Part shown: positions 38,290 through 50,875 of the stretch, one piece after another
Position numbering within the stretch: position 1 is the first letter of the stretch
Layout: each line of letters begins with the position of its first letter
Source of the DNA: Candidatus Marinacidobacterales bacterium
Lineage (GTDB): Bacteria; Acidobacteriota; Vicinamibacteria; Marinacidobacterales; SMYC01
Reading direction: 5' to 3'
DNA: 64,000 nt
Assembly (NCBI GenBank): GCA_965237955.1
Contig: OZ250169.1
Location: forward strand, 6,656,001-6,720,000
The notes under the pieces: generated by a model
Database searches by the model: none
What the model was told of the DNA's origin: nothing
Seen by the model: the letters and a program-made list of their open reading frames with translations, nothing else
Made by a program: the position numbers and the translations under genes

Positions 38290-40274
38290 ATGAATAGACG
38301 CGAGTTTCTCGGGACAAGCGTGTTCGCCGCCACCGCGGGCCTCGCGCTCGACGCGTGCGCGCCCGAAGCGTCTCAACTAATCCCGATCCTCATTCCCGAA
38401 GAGCCGTTCGTTCCCGGCGAAGAGATCTGGATGCGCTCGACGTGTTTCGAGTGCGCCGCCTCGTGCGGCATCGAAGTGCGCAAGATCGATGGACGGCTCG
38501 TCAAGGTCGAGGGCAATCCCGAGCATCCCATGAGCCAAGGCGGGCTGTGCGCGCGCGGGCAGGCTATTCCTCAAGCGATGTACCACCCCGATCGCATCCA
38601 AACTCCTCTCGAAAAACAAAGCGGCGGGAGTTGGACCGAGCTCAGCTGGGACGACGCTCTCGACCGCGTTGCATCCGCACTTGGCTCACTCGGCGCACTC
38701 GGCGCGTCCACCGACATCGCGTTTCTGACCGGGGCCGCGACCGGGCACCGGCGGGAGATCGTTCACCGGTTTCTGCAAGCCTTCGGCTCGACCCGTCACC
38801 TCGTCCACGACCCGTTCCCGCTCCATCGCCCGGTGAGCGACGTCGATATCGACAACGCGGGCTACGTCGTCTCGTTCGGCGCGGAGATTCTGGAATCCCA
38901 CGTGTCGCCGGTGAGATTCGGACGCGGCCTGGCCGCGCTTCGTCAAGCTCGCCCGGGACGACGCGGCAAGTTCGTGATGGTCGGGCCGCGGCTGTCATTG
39001 ACCGCGGCGAACGCGGACGAGTGGATTCCCGCTCGTGCCGGCGAAGAGCTCGAGGTGGCACTCGGCATCGCTCACGTCCTGATCCGAGACGGTCTTTACA
39101 AGCTGCAAGGGGGCGAAGACGCGGATGGCTTTGCCGAGCTCAGCGCCCTCGTCGAATCCATCGAGCCGAGCCCCGAGGTCGAACGCCTTGCACATGAAAT
39201 GGCCGAGCACCGACCGGCCGTTGCCATCGCCGGTCGAGGTGCAGCGCTCGCCGCCGCGGTATCGCACTTGAACGCACTCCTCGGAACGCGACCCGCATCG
39301 GCAAGCGCGCCACCGTTCGAACCGTGGCCGGCGATTCCAGGAGACGCGCCCGAATCGTTGTCGCTGAGTTTAACGAGTGCGCTCGACGACGAACCACCCC
39401 CTGTGTTGTTCGTCGCCGATACGAATCCACTCTACAGCCTCCCGCCCTCGTTCGAGCTCGACGATTGGCTGTCATCGATCCAGCTCAAAGTGAGCTTCGC
39501 ATCGATCATGGATGAAACGAGCGCAGCATGTGACCTCGTGCTCCCCGAGTCGATGTCGTTCGAGCGCTTCGAAGACGCCGTCCCGCAGGGCGCGCCCGTT
39601 CCCATGGCAACACTGTCACAGCCGCTCCTCGTCCGGCCGTTGTACGACACGCGCAGCATGCCCGATGCTCTCATCGACATCGCCAAACGCGCGGAGCACG
39701 GCGAAAGCTTCCCATGGAGCTCCTACGAAGCGGCTCTCCGGGCAGCCTGGTCGAGCCTCGGGTCATGGAGCCAGGCACTCGCCCGCGGCGGGTGGTGGGA
39801 CGAGAGCACCACGCCTGAACGTGATCCGGTACGGTATCGATTCGACACCACGGCGCTCGCGTTTCGGCCCGAGCGCGCTGAAACCAATCTCGAGCTCCAC
39901 GTGTACGCGTCGACGGCGCTCGGCGATGGCCGGAGCGCTCGCTTGCCGTATTTGCAAGAGCTTTCGGATCCGATCACCGGCGTCCGCTGGGGAAGCGTCG
40001 TCGAGATCGGGCCCGAGCGCGCCGACGCCCTCGGCATCACCACTGGCGACCTCGTCGAGGTGAGCTCGGAGTGGGGCACCGTCGAAGTGGCCGCGTTCGT
40101 CACCCCGGGGATCCACCCCGATGTCGTTGCCCTCGCCGCGGGACAAGGTCACACCGGAAACGGTCGTTACGCCAACCGTCGTGGTGTCAACGCATATTCG
40201 CTGATTGGACGCAACCCGGACGCCGACGGCGCTATCCTCACCGGAACCAGCGTGACCATTAAAAAGGTTGCATC

Positions 40275-40278
<4 letters not shown>
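38290..40278 (+). CDS. Molybdopterin oxidoreductase-family subunit (QrcB/ActB1-like), Tat signal
   Basis: MNRREFL; STCFECAASCG...GGLCARG; C-terminal molybdopterin dinucleotide-binding-like domain. Confidence 0.88.
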
Positions 40279-40991
<713 letters not shown>

Positions 40992-42317
40992 GGACACGCT
41001 GCTTCGACACGTCGTCGAGACAGGCTCCGGCTTCTACATCGTCCTGGTAACGCTCCTCGCCATCATCGCGGTCGGCGGCTTCGCGTGGATGCGCCAGCTC
41101 GAACACGGCCTCGGCGTCGCCAGCATGAACCAACCGGTATACTGGGGCCTCTACATCACAAACTACATCTTCTTTATAGGTATCTCTCACGCGGGCACGC
41201 TCATCTCCGCGATCTTGAGACTCACCGGTGCTGAGTGGCGCCGACCGATCACCCGCGTCGCCGAAGTCATCACCGTCGTCGCCCTCCTCATGGGTTCGAG
41301 CAACATCCTGTGGCATCTCGGGCGACCCGAGCTCATCTACCTACCACTGATCGAGCCGCAGTTCCTGTCTCCGTTGATCTGGGACGTCGGCGCCATCTCC
41401 TTGTACATGGCCGGCAGCATCATTTATCTGTACTTGCCGCTGATTCCAGACCTCGCGCTCCTGCGGGACCGGAGCACTCGTTTCAAAGGCATCTACCGCG
41501 CACTCGCCCTCGGCTGGCGCGGAACGGAGCGACAACACGCTCGTCTCGAAAAAGCAATCTCGTTCATGGCGGTCGCGATCATTCCCGTCGCCGTTTCCGT
41601 CCATACGGTTGTGTCGTGGACGCTCGCGATGATGCTCGTCCCGATGTGGCATACGGCCATCTTCGGACCGTATTTCGTCGTCGGCGCCATCTTCAGCGGT
41701 ATCGCCGCGCTCATGGTCGCGATGGCGATCTTGAGAAGAGTCTTTCACCTCGAGGAATATATCGGCCCGTTGCAGTTCAACAACCTGAGCTTGTTGCTCG
41801 TGACCATGTCGTGCCTGTGGGCTTACTTCACGTTGGCCGAGCACTTGACGGCCTGGTACGGGCACGAGCACGCGGAGATGGCGGTCCTCGATAGCCGGCT
41901 GAGCGGCGCCTTTGCTCCCTACTTCTGGACAATGATCATCGCGTGCTTCGTCATACCGATGGCGACCCTCTCGTTCAAGAAGACGCGTACTATCACCGGC
42001 TCGGTGATCGCGTCGATCTCCGTGCTCATCGGCATGTGGCTCGAGCGGTTCATCATCGTCATCAGCTCAGCCTCACACCCGCGCTCGCACCAGATGTGGG
42101 ACGCGGGCACCTACAGTCCGTCGTTCGTCGAGATCGCGGTAACGGCGTCGGAGTTCGCGGCGTTCATTCTGTTCTACGTCGTGTTCGCGAAGCTCTTTCC
42201 GCTCGTCTCGATTTGGGAAGTCAAAGAAGCTCCTCTTCCGAGCAAATCATTTGGCGGGATTTCGGATCGGGGCTAATATATGGGCGTTTTTGTGAACATC
42301 GAGGGAGGCGCGAAGAC

Positions 42318-42722
42318 ATGAATAAGGTTTTGGCTCTGGTCGCAGTTGCTTTCGCGGTTTTTGGCGGACTCGCGCTCGCGCAGGACGAAGGCTCGAGCTG
42401 GGAAGTCCCGCCTGAGGCGACAGCGGTGGAAAACCCGCTCAAGAACACCCCCGAAGGAGTGGCCGCCGGGGAAGCGCTTTACGGGAAACACTGCAAGATG
42501 TGCCACGGTGACGCCGGCAAGGGCGACGGAGCGGCAACGCAGTTCATCAAGCCCGCGCCTCCCGATATGACCACCGCGGAAGTCCGGGACGGCAACACCG
42601 ACGGTGACATTTTCTACAAGATCACGACGGGAAAGCGGCCGATGCCCGCCATGCAGCGAAAGCTCAGCGAGGAAGAGCGCTGGCAGGTCGTCCTGTTCGT
42701 CCGTAAGCTACAAGCGAACTGA
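42318..42722 (+). CDS. Monoheme cytochrome c
   Basis: GGAGG RBS, signal peptide, CKMCHG, MPAM distal Met. Confidence 0.9.
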   Translation: MNKVLALVAVAFAVFGGLALAQDEGSSWEVPPEATAVENPLKNTPEGVAAGEALYGKHCKMCHGDAGKGDGAATQFIKPAPPDMTTAEVRDGNTDGDIFYKITTGKRPMPAMQRKLSEEERWQVVLFVRKLQAN

Positions 42723-42755
42723 GCCAACCGGGCACTGGGCACTGAGCACCGATCA

Positions 42756-43265
42756 ATGCAAGCGCAAGCGCGAGCAACGGCGGTCCTCGCTCTCGCCCTG
42801 GCCGCGGCCAGCGGTTGTAAGCCTGAAAACGCCGCGCCCGAGCTCGTCTTGGACAACGTCGACGGCAGCGGGACGGTATCGCTGTCGGAACAACAGGGCA
42901 AGGTCGTGCTCGTCGACTTGTGGGCGACGTGGTGCGCACCATGTATCGCCGAGCTTCCGCACTTGCAGGCGATGTCGGACGAGCTCGCCCCCGACGATTT
43001 CATGATGCTCGGAATCGTGCTCGAATCCGGCGAGCGCGACGCAGTCGTCGAGTTTCTCGCCGAAAACGAAATCACGTACACCCAGGTTATGGGCGAGGAA
43101 GAGACGGGCGAAGCGTTCGGGCCGTTTCTCGGCTACCCCATGAAGTATTTGATCAACCGTGACGGTCGCGTGGTGAAACGCTATTTCGGTATTATCGGCG
43201 AAGAGCTCCGAGACGATGTGGAGACGTTGATGGAGACCGGGGTGCTGGAAGACTCCGGCGAATAG
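42756..43265 (+). CDS. TlpA-family thioredoxin-like lipoprotein
   Basis: Lipobox ASGC; GKVVLVDLWATWCAPC. Confidence 0.9.
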   Translation: MQAQARATAVLALALAAASGCKPENAAPELVLDNVDGSGTVSLSEQQGKVVLVDLWATWCAPCIAELPHLQAMSDELAPDDFMMLGIVLESGERDAVVEFLAENEITYTQVMGEEETGEAFGPFLGYPMKYLINRDGRVVKRYFGIIGEELRDDVETLMETGVLEDSGE

Positions 43266-43300
43266 CGCCCGAACGACGCCCCACACGGAAGCGTCTGCAC

Positions 43301-43330
43301 GCTGATGGCTGATCGCTGATGGCCGACGGC
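43301..43330. repeat. Heptamer tandem repeat (GCTGATG)n
   Basis: GCTGATGGCTGATCGCTGATGGCCGACGGC. Confidence 0.65.
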
Positions 43331-43492
43331 CGTGTGAAAAACAAGCTACTGGCAACTCGACCGCCATCATTGTATATTTCTTGTATAGGCTATCGATCGT
43401 CCTCGATAGCCTCTTCAGCTCGATTGAATTCCTGAAGATCGTAGGCCCTTCATCTCCGGCGGGTCGTTTCACGCGAGACAAGATCGAGGAGC

Positions 43493-43855
43493 TTGAACAA
43501 CGTGGCGAACGAGCAAGAGACGGTTCTAGCCGCCAAGGCGAGCTTCGACGGGAAGCTCGAGGGCGCGAACATCACTCTCCAAGGTCGTTTTCGAGGCGAT
43601 CTCAAAGCGAGCGGGCTCGTCCGTATTCTCGAAGGCTCGGACGTCAACGCGAAAGTCGAAGCCACGACGGTCGAGATCGGCGGAAAGTTCGAAGGTGATG
43701 TGCAGGCCGAATCGCTCCGGCTTCTGGGACCAGCTCGCGCCATCGGTACGTTTCGCGCCAATAAGCTGAGCGTCGAGGAAGGCGGCCAGCTGGATGGCGA
43801 GTTCGAAATCGGCGACGGGCCACCCGAACGCATGGTGCGGAACGCGCCACGCTGA
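43493..43855 (+). CDS. Bactofilin (polymer-forming cytoskeletal protein)
   Basis: Beta-helix pattern FDGKL...ITLQGRFRGDL...VEIGGKFEGDV...LSVEEGGQLDG; start may be GTG 43502. Confidence 0.85.
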   Translation: MNNVANEQETVLAAKASFDGKLEGANITLQGRFRGDLKASGLVRILEGSDVNAKVEATTVEIGGKFEGDVQAESLRLLGPARAIGTFRANKLSVEEGGQLDGEFEIGDGPPERMVRNAPR

Positions 43856-43890
43856 GCTCACTCAAAGCGCTACCAGAGGATAGTCGACCC

Positions 43891-44361
43891 GTGGCGAAGA
43901 AGAAGACCAAAAAGACGACGAAGAGGAAAAAGGCGCCTGCCAAGAAGTCCGTCAAGGCTGCCAAGAAAGCGCGCGGCGCAAGAAAGCCTCGCGATCACAC
44001 GACCGAGATCGTTTTCTCCTACGCCGAAATCGATTTTCTGCGGAAGATCACGGGCAGGGACGTCGACGCGTCATCACCCAAAGGGCGCCGCGCGCGGCTA
44101 TCCCTTCGGGACAAGTTGCTCGATATCAACTTCGGTGTACCGACTGCGGGTGGCGGCGGGCTCATCGTCCTCGTGCTGTTGCGCCCCGAAGTCGACTTCT
44201 TGCAGCGCATCACCAAGGAAGTCTATAGCTTCATCACCGCGGAAGAACGGCGCGCGCGTTTGATCCTGCGCGAGAAAATCCTCATCGCCGTAGAAAAAGT
44301 CACGGGCAAGAAGATCCGCACTACTGTTCCACAAACCTACAGAAATCCGGTTCGTAGCTGA
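43891..44361 (+). CDS. Hypothetical basic protein with Lys/Ala-rich N-terminus and internal duplication
   Basis: AKKKTKKTTKRKKAPAKK tail; EIDFLRKIT...RRARLSLRDKL and EVDFLQRIT...RRARLILREKI. Confidence 0.7.
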   Translation: MAKKKTKKTTKRKKAPAKKSVKAAKKARGARKPRDHTTEIVFSYAEIDFLRKITGRDVDASSPKGRRARLSLRDKLLDINFGVPTAGGGGLIVLVLLRPEVDFLQRITKEVYSFITAEERRARLILREKILIAVEKVTGKKIRTTVPQTYRNPVRS

Positions 44362-44990
44362 ACGTCACGACCGTCGAGCTTTCGTTGCCGGCCTGCAACA
44401 CTTCGAGCTCGACGCCACCAGTGGTGGATTCGCGGAAGACCGCGGCTAGATCGGCATCGCGCGATGCCAGAAGCGTCGGGTCCGTCGCCGCCGCGAGGAT
44501 CAACACGTCGAGCTGGTCGGCAAGACTCTTCAGTTGCGAGACGACCTTCCCGGCGCCACCGTCACGCGCCACTTTCTCGAGCAAGTCGATGACGACGAGG
44601 CACGAAGACTCGGCGTCAGCGTCGAGGAGCTTTTTGACGAGCTCTCGTACCAGGGCGAGCTCGAGCTCATCCTCGACCTCGAACACGAAAACGCGTTTGA
44701 GCCACGAGGACGCTTTGCGACCTTCAGCATCGATTCGCTTCCAATCCGAGGAATCTTTCTTGACTCTTCCCTTTTCGAGCTCCTGCAGGGAAACACCGGC
44801 AAGCCGCGACAACGTTCTGAGCCTCAACGCCGACTTGGGAAGCTCGCTCGCGATATAGAGGCATCGCAGCTCGCCTCCGCTCGCGAATTGGTCGGTGATC
44901 TGCTTCATGAAGTTGAACAAGCGCTCTCGATCTTCGTCGACGAGAAGCATGAGGCCAGGGCTGAGCCCTCCCAATCCCTCATCGAGCCGG
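44321..44990 (-). pseudogene. DnaB C-terminal/RecA-like ATPase-fold domain, 5'-truncated by ISAzo13
   Basis: LDEGLGGLSPG, LYIASE, LVVIDLLE, QLKSLADQLDVLIL, ADLAAVF; Walker A degenerate. Confidence 0.65.
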
Positions 44991-46149
44991 ACAGCTTCTT
45001 GTGGTTCACCCGCAACGAGAAGCCGAGCTGTTTGAGCAGTCGACCGACGGTTTTGCTGCTGACGTTCACACCGAGGCTTCTTAGCTCGCAAGCAATCTTG
45101 TCGGTGGTCCGCCGCGTCCATTTCACTCCCGTCATCGGATCGCCCGCGGTGTCGTGCTTCATGAGTTCTTCGATCTTGGCGATGACTTCTGGCGTTTTTT
45201 TGCACGGCGCGCCGTCCGCCACCCTTTCGCCGAACTCCGTCGAGCTCAACATCTCTCATTAGCAATTCCCTACGACCTCTGGCTACCGTGCTCGGATCCA
45301 TCCCGAGCAGTTCGGCAATCTGTTGGTCGCCACCGTGACCGAGCTTCATGGCCTCGACTCCCGCGTAGAGACGGCGCTGCTTTTCATCGAGCAGGCTGTA
45401 GAAAAGAACGATCGCAGCCTTCAACTCCACGGGGAGCACGCGGACTCCCCCGACCCAGCCCAACGTGGAAGGTGACGCCTCATGTACCTGGCGGGCCGAG
45501 AGCTGTTGCTTGCGCGTGCTCACATCGGTGGCCAGATACAGATATCGGCCGAACACCTGCTCGCGCGCCAATCTTTTCTCTCGGACCAGTTTCAACAGAG
45601 GAGCCTTGACGTCAACCTGCACCACGTCCTCGAGCTCGTCGACGTAGTAGCCTGCCTCACAGGCCGCGACCAACGCTTTTACCGTCGCAAGCAACGTCCC
45701 GTACTTCGAGAACCACACTGAGCGCAACGACCAAAGACCTTTTCGATCGAACTGGGCGATCTCGTCCAACGTGTAGTAGCTACCACGGTGGGAGTAGCTT
45801 GTCCGATACGCCAACTCATTGAGCTTTCGGAAGACGGTCGAGTCCACATCGGTACCCAACACTGCCTTCAAATCATCGAGGGTAGCTATTTTGTGCTTCC
45901 TCAACAGGCGGTCGAGATCTTCAGACTGATAGCTCGTAGGTCTCATAATAGGAGAAGTGCTCCTTGATAGGCGTAATCCTCCCTAAAATGAGGACCGTTT
46001 GTCAAACACGCGCTGGTTGCTGAAGATCTACAAATGTTCCGTTTCTAGGGAGCTTGCCAGGCTCTCGTGATGCCAGACGACATCGCGATCACGACCTGAA
46101 ACAGGAAGAGTGTGCTCAAAACTAGACAGTTATTTTGTCGGCGGCCCTT
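44990..46149 (-). mobile_element. Truncated ISAzo13-family element
   Basis: ORF from 45946 (LDEKQRRLYAG...TVARGRREL...RRKGGGR) continues after an A7 run (45195-45201) as KKTPEV...TAGDPMTGVKWT...LGFSLRVNHK, then breaks off. IR-like end TAAGGGCCGCCGACAAAATAAC near 46150. Confidence 0.8.
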
Positions 46150-46220
46150 AGGGCCGTGCTTCGAAGATATAACTGGGGTATACTTGGCTGTTAAATCTTG
46201 CAAAATCAAGGCACTAGGCC

Positions 46221-48813
46221 ATGGAGCTCAGCAAGAAAAGCGAGTTGACGCTAGGTTCTGCCTCGTACGTGATCAACACCGAGCTGGCCGGCGACGAGTC
46301 GCAGTCCATCCGCACCCAGGTGCTCGGCTCCGACGGCTCCGTTGCATTCGAAACGTCGCAGGATATCTCTGCCCTGAGACCTATCTTCCAAAACAGCCAG
46401 AAGGTGTTCGCGGTCTGGAAGCGCAGCATCAAAACGTGATCAAAGAGCTGAAGCAAGGCCGTCTGGGCGACTCGCAAAACGCTGAGCCGCCAGCCGCGGA
46501 GCTCAGCGCGTGCGATCGCGAAACCGATGCGCTCGAGCATGCTGTGTCGCTCCTGGGCGGTGGCAACTTCGAAAAGGCGACCTCGACCTCAGAGCGGTGC
46601 TCGAGACGTACCCGAATTGCAGTGAAGCACGCGAGCTTCTCGAAGTGGCTTACAAAGCGTCGTCCGATACCGGTCTTCCGGTCGATCTCGTCGAAGCGCT
46701 GAGACGTGGTACGGAAGCTTTCGCCGCTGGACGCCAGAGAGATGCGATCGACAGCTGGAAGCAGTGTCTCATCAAGGAGCCGGGTAATCGATTGCTCCAG
46801 CTGCTCGTCATGCTCGCGACGACATGGTCCCAAGAGAGGCGGCAATACTACGCCCACGAAGTCCTCGCGGCCGGAAGCACGTCGCTGAGCGCGGGACGGC
46901 CCGAAGAAGCTCAAGCACTTTTGCTGATCGCGCAAACCGTCGATAGCGAGCAATCTCCGGCGATGCCGCCGACGCTTATGACACCCGCGCCGGCTCCCCC
47001 GCCGTCCGCTCCTCGGCCACCGATCGGCGACGTGGCCGCGAACCTGGAATCGCTCGTTCCCGACGTATCGGAGACCGTCGTCGTGACGAGCGACACCCCG
47101 ACAATGGGCAGGCCTTCGAGCGACGACGCTCCCGCGGTAATGGAAACAACTCAACCGGAACCGGCCGCCCCATCGCCGCCCGAAATTTCGGTCGTGCCCG
47201 AGATTTCAGTCATAGATGACGCACCCGAGTCCCCGCATAAAGCCGCACCCAACCCGCCCCCAATATTCGGAGACCCCGAGCCCGCTGTGCAGGCTGTGGA
47301 GGCACCACCAGCGGAAGACACCTCGGTGACGATGCCACCGGAATCGCCGCGCCCAGCGACACGGCGTCCGATGGGACGCGCCAAGAGCCGGTCGGTACCA
47401 TGGCCGCTGATTGGCGGCGGCGTTGCCGCACTGCTCGTTATCGGAATCGCGGTGGCGTGGTTCCTCTCCGGAGGAAACGCGGTTCCGCAGGACCGTCTCG
47501 AACAAGAGGCTAACTTCGTTGGCAACGGTGAGTACGCGCAGGCTATCGCCGCGTACGATGGGCTGATCAGTGAGTTCGGAGACCACGCGGAGACCTATCT
47601 GGGACGAGGCCGCGCACGAGTCGCGTCAGGTGACACCGACGGCGGCCTCAGCGACCTGAGGCGCGCGCGCGACCTAGAGCCCGACGCGACCGCCATCGCC
47701 GAAGAGATCGGCGCCGTGTACTACTCCAGTGGCAACTACCGGGAAGCGATCGAGAACTATCAAAGAGCTTTCGAGAGCGGCTCCGGCAGCGCCGAAGGAA
47801 GGTACAGGCTTGCGGCGAGCTTCGTCGAACGCGATAACGGCGACGCGGCGCTCGAACATCTACGAGCGGCGATCACGGCCGACCCGGAGCACGGCGAAGC
47901 CCAGTTTCTCTACGGCGACCTTCTGAACGAGCGTGCCCGTTTTGTCGAAGCCGAGGGAGCGCTTCGCGCTGCCGAGCCACATGTCGAAGCCGGCAGTGAT
48001 TTTCTTTCGGAGCTCACGATCGCACTTCTCGGCCAGGAAAAGCTCGACGAAGCCGAGGAAGTGGCTCGCACGTTCCTCCGCAACTATCCATCGGATGCAC
48101 GCGCCCACTCTCTCCTCGGTGAGGTGTATTTGAGCCGGCGTCAGTACGAGCAGGCCCGCGCCCAGCTCATCCGGGCTTTGCGGACGGACCGCAACGAGCC
48201 CCGGGCACAAATCGCTCTCGGCCGAACATGGCTCGCCATTGGGAAAACTCGTGGTGATCAGGGGGATCTCGCCAAGGCGCGACAACTCCTGACGAGTGCA
48301 ACCGGGGTGCATGAGGGACAACGTCTGCTGGCGCTCGGGCAAGTTTCTCTCGCCGAAGGCGATTTGGAAGGGGCGGAGCGACTTTTGCGGCAATCACTCG
48401 AGCATGGAGCAGCGGAGCTTCCGGTGCATCTCTCGTTGGCGGAATCGAAAGCTCGTGGCGAAGACCTCGTGGGCGCCGCAGAAGAAATGCAACGAGCGTC
48501 GGGTTTGGCTCCTGAAGATCCAGCGATCTCGCTATCGCTCGCGATCGCTTATTCGCAGCTCGAAGAGGCCGACCGCGCGGCAGAGCAATTTCTGAAAAGC
48601 ATTCAAGGTATCGGGCTCGTGACCCCACCCGGCCCGGACGCAGGACCGGTCATGCTCCCGGCGCCGTACATTCCCTTGCCGGAGAGCTTTGATGTCAATC
48701 GCGCGATCCGAGACGCCTACCAACAAGTGCTGGAGACGCGCGAGAACGATCCGTCCGCGACCGAGCTCCGGACGCTCGCGGAGTCGACGACGTTCGTCCT
48801 CGGAACAGGGTAG
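46221..48813 (+). CDS. Bitopic membrane TPR-repeat protein, two frameshifts (~46415, ~46585)
   Basis: ORFs 46221, 46112 and 46510 chain into one protein; Pro-rich linker, one TM (WPLIGGGVAALLVIGIAVAWF), many TPR repeats. Confidence 0.8.
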
Positions 48814-48821
48814 CTTTAAGC

Positions 48822-49607
48822 CTAACGCGCCCGCGCGCGACAGGCGCCGCGCTCGCTTCCGCGAATGAACGCGACGAGCGTTCCGACTAGCTCGTTCTGC
48901 AGACCCTCGAGAAGATCGAGAGCCTCCGCAAGCGACCGCTTCTCTCGATAGAGCATCCGGTATGCTTGCTTCAGCGCGCGAACATTTTCGTCGGACACAC
49001 CACCGCAGCGGAGGCCCACCGAGTTCAACCCCACCGCCCGCGCGGGCACCCCGTCCACGGTCATGAACGGCGGCACGTCGAGGTTGACTTTGGAGCCACC
49101 GCCCACCATAGCGAGCTCGCCGATCTTGGAGAATTGATGGATAGCGACGCCGCCCGAAATGAAAGCGTTCCGTCCAACGTGAATATGCCCCGCGAGCGCG
49201 GCGTAGCTCGCGATAATGGCGCCCTCACCGATGTCACAATCGTGGGCCACATGGCCATAGCACATGACGAAACACCCGCGCCCTATTCGCGTGGTGCCGT
49301 TTTTGTGGACGCTTCTGTGAATGGTGGCGAACTCGCGGATGACGCTGTCGTCCTCGACCACCGCAAAGCTCGAAACGTTTTTGAACTTCATGAACTTCAT
49401 GTCTTGGGGCGGACCTCCGAGCACGGCGCCTTCGTGAACCGTGACCCGAGATCCGAGGCGCAGGCCGGACTTCAAGACGACATGCGCGCCGATGCGAGTG
49501 CCTTCACCGACCTCGACGTCGTCCTCGACGATGACGTAGGGTCCGATCTCGACATCGGAGGCGATCCGTGCCTCAGGGCTCACGATGGCGGTGCGGTGGG
49601 TCGACAT
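48822..49607 (-). CDS. lpxA: Acyl-ACP--UDP-N-acetylglucosamine O-acyltransferase
   Basis: Hexapeptide repeats, GPPQDMKF, IREFATIHR, HVAHDC, HQF, DVPPF, GLNSVGL. Confidence 0.9.
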   Translation of the reverse strand: MSTHRTAIVSPEARIASDVEIGPYVIVEDDVEVGEGTRIGAHVVLKSGLRLGSRVTVHEGAVLGGPPQDMKFMKFKNVSSFAVVEDDSVIREFATIHRSVHKNGTTRIGRGCFVMCYGHVAHDCDIGEGAIIASYAALAGHIHVGRNAFISGGVAIHQFSKIGELAMVGGGSKVNLDVPPFMTVDGVPARAVGLNSVGLRCGGVSDENVRALKQAYRMLYREKRSLAEALDLLEGLQNELVGTLVAFIRGSERGACRARAR

Positions 49608-49617
49608 TGAGGGTCAT

Positions 49618-50859
49618 TCATGAACTGGTCGTGAACTCCCGGGCGATCTGTTCGATCTCCTCGTCTTCGAGCACACGATTCGACGCTTTCGCTTTTTCGA
49701 ACACGGTCCGGACCAGTTCATCGTCGACGGGGAAGCCGCGTGAGCTGAGCCAATACTGCACGTTGGAGAACCCGCTCATCGGGCCGACTTCGATGGTCTG
49801 CTCGAGCCCGAACTCCCCCGCGGGTACTCCGGAGTAGACACGGTCGGCAAGCCAGCTATCGTTTTTGTTCAATGCTTTGATCACTGCCGCAGCGTGCACA
49901 CCCGTCCCCGTTCGGAACGCATCCTCCCCCACGACTGGGTAGTTCGAGGGGATGGGAACACCTGTCGCCTCGGAGACGAGGTGACAATACTCGGCGATGC
50001 GGCTCAAGTCGTTGTCGATCCACCCGAGGAGCTTCAAGTTCACGAGAAGAATATCCATGGGCGTGTTACCGCAGCGTTCACCAATGCCGAGCGCGCACGC
50101 ATGGACGCGATCGACACCGGAACGTACGGCCGCGATGCTGTTCGGTATCGAGAGTCCACGGTCGCGGTGTCCGTGCCAATCGATCTTCACGTCCTCGCCG
50201 GTGTCGGCAACGACCTCCTTCATGAAGCTCACGAGCGCTGTCACCCCGGCAGGGGTCGCGTGGCCAACGGTGTCGGTAAGGACGACGCGACGAGCACCGC
50301 ACTCGATGGCGGTCGTGTAGAGCTTTCGGATCGTTTCCGGCCGCGCCCGGATCGTATCCTCGGTGACGTACATGTTGGGAAGACCATTTTCGACGGTGTA
50401 GCTCACCGCGTCGGCGGTGTGTTTGACGAGCCGGTCGAGCTCCCAGTTCTCCGCGTATTGGCGGATCGGGCTCGAGCCGATGAAGGTGGCCGCTTCAATC
50501 GCGATTCCCACTTTCTGCGATATCGCGACGATCGGCTCGATATCGGCTTCGAGCGTGCGCGCCGCGCAGTTCGGAGTGAGATCGAGTTTTTGATCGACGA
50601 TCTCTCGAGCTAGACGGGTCACATGCTTTTGTGCATGGGGGCCCGCCCCGGGAAGTCCGATGTTGACCGCGTGGATCGAAAGCGCCGCCATCAGGTGCAG
50701 CAGCTCGACCTTGTTCTCGATCGGGGGCGAAAGAACCGACGGGCTCTGGAGCCCGTCCCGTAGCGTTTCGTCGTCGAGCTCGATCGCCTGTGGCGGTTTC
50801 GCGCTCGCTGCCTCGTCGATGAGGTTCCAGTCGTAGATCAGATCGCTTTCGCGCGACAA
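49618..50859 (-). CDS. LeuA-like (2-isopropylmalate/homocitrate synthase family) DRE-TIM enzyme without regulatory domain
   Basis: DETLRDGLQS, DTVG, WHGHRDRG, GIGERCGN. Confidence 0.88.
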   Translation of the reverse strand: MSRESDLIYDWNLIDEAASAKPPQAIELDDETLRDGLQSPSVLSPPIENKVELLHLMAALSIHAVNIGLPGAGPHAQKHVTRLAREIVDQKLDLTPNCAARTLEADIEPIVAISQKVGIAIEAATFIGSSPIRQYAENWELDRLVKHTADAVSYTVENGLPNMYVTEDTIRARPETIRKLYTTAIECGARRVVLTDTVGHATPAGVTALVSFMKEVVADTGEDVKIDWHGHRDRGLSIPNSIAAVRSGVDRVHACALGIGERCGNTPMDILLVNLKLLGWIDNDLSRIAEYCHLVSEATGVPIPSNYPVVGEDAFRTGTGVHAAAVIKALNKNDSWLADRVYSGVPAGEFGLEQTIEVGPMSGFSNVQYWLSSRGFPVDDELVRTVFEKAKASNRVLEDEEIEQIAREFTTSS

Positions 50860-50875
50860 CCTGTGTCTCCTTGAG

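Noticed and set aside
44321-45946. 541-aa ORF as a bona fide novel protein
   Set aside because: Chimera of an ISAzo13 5' part, an off-frame linker and a DnaB-like domain.
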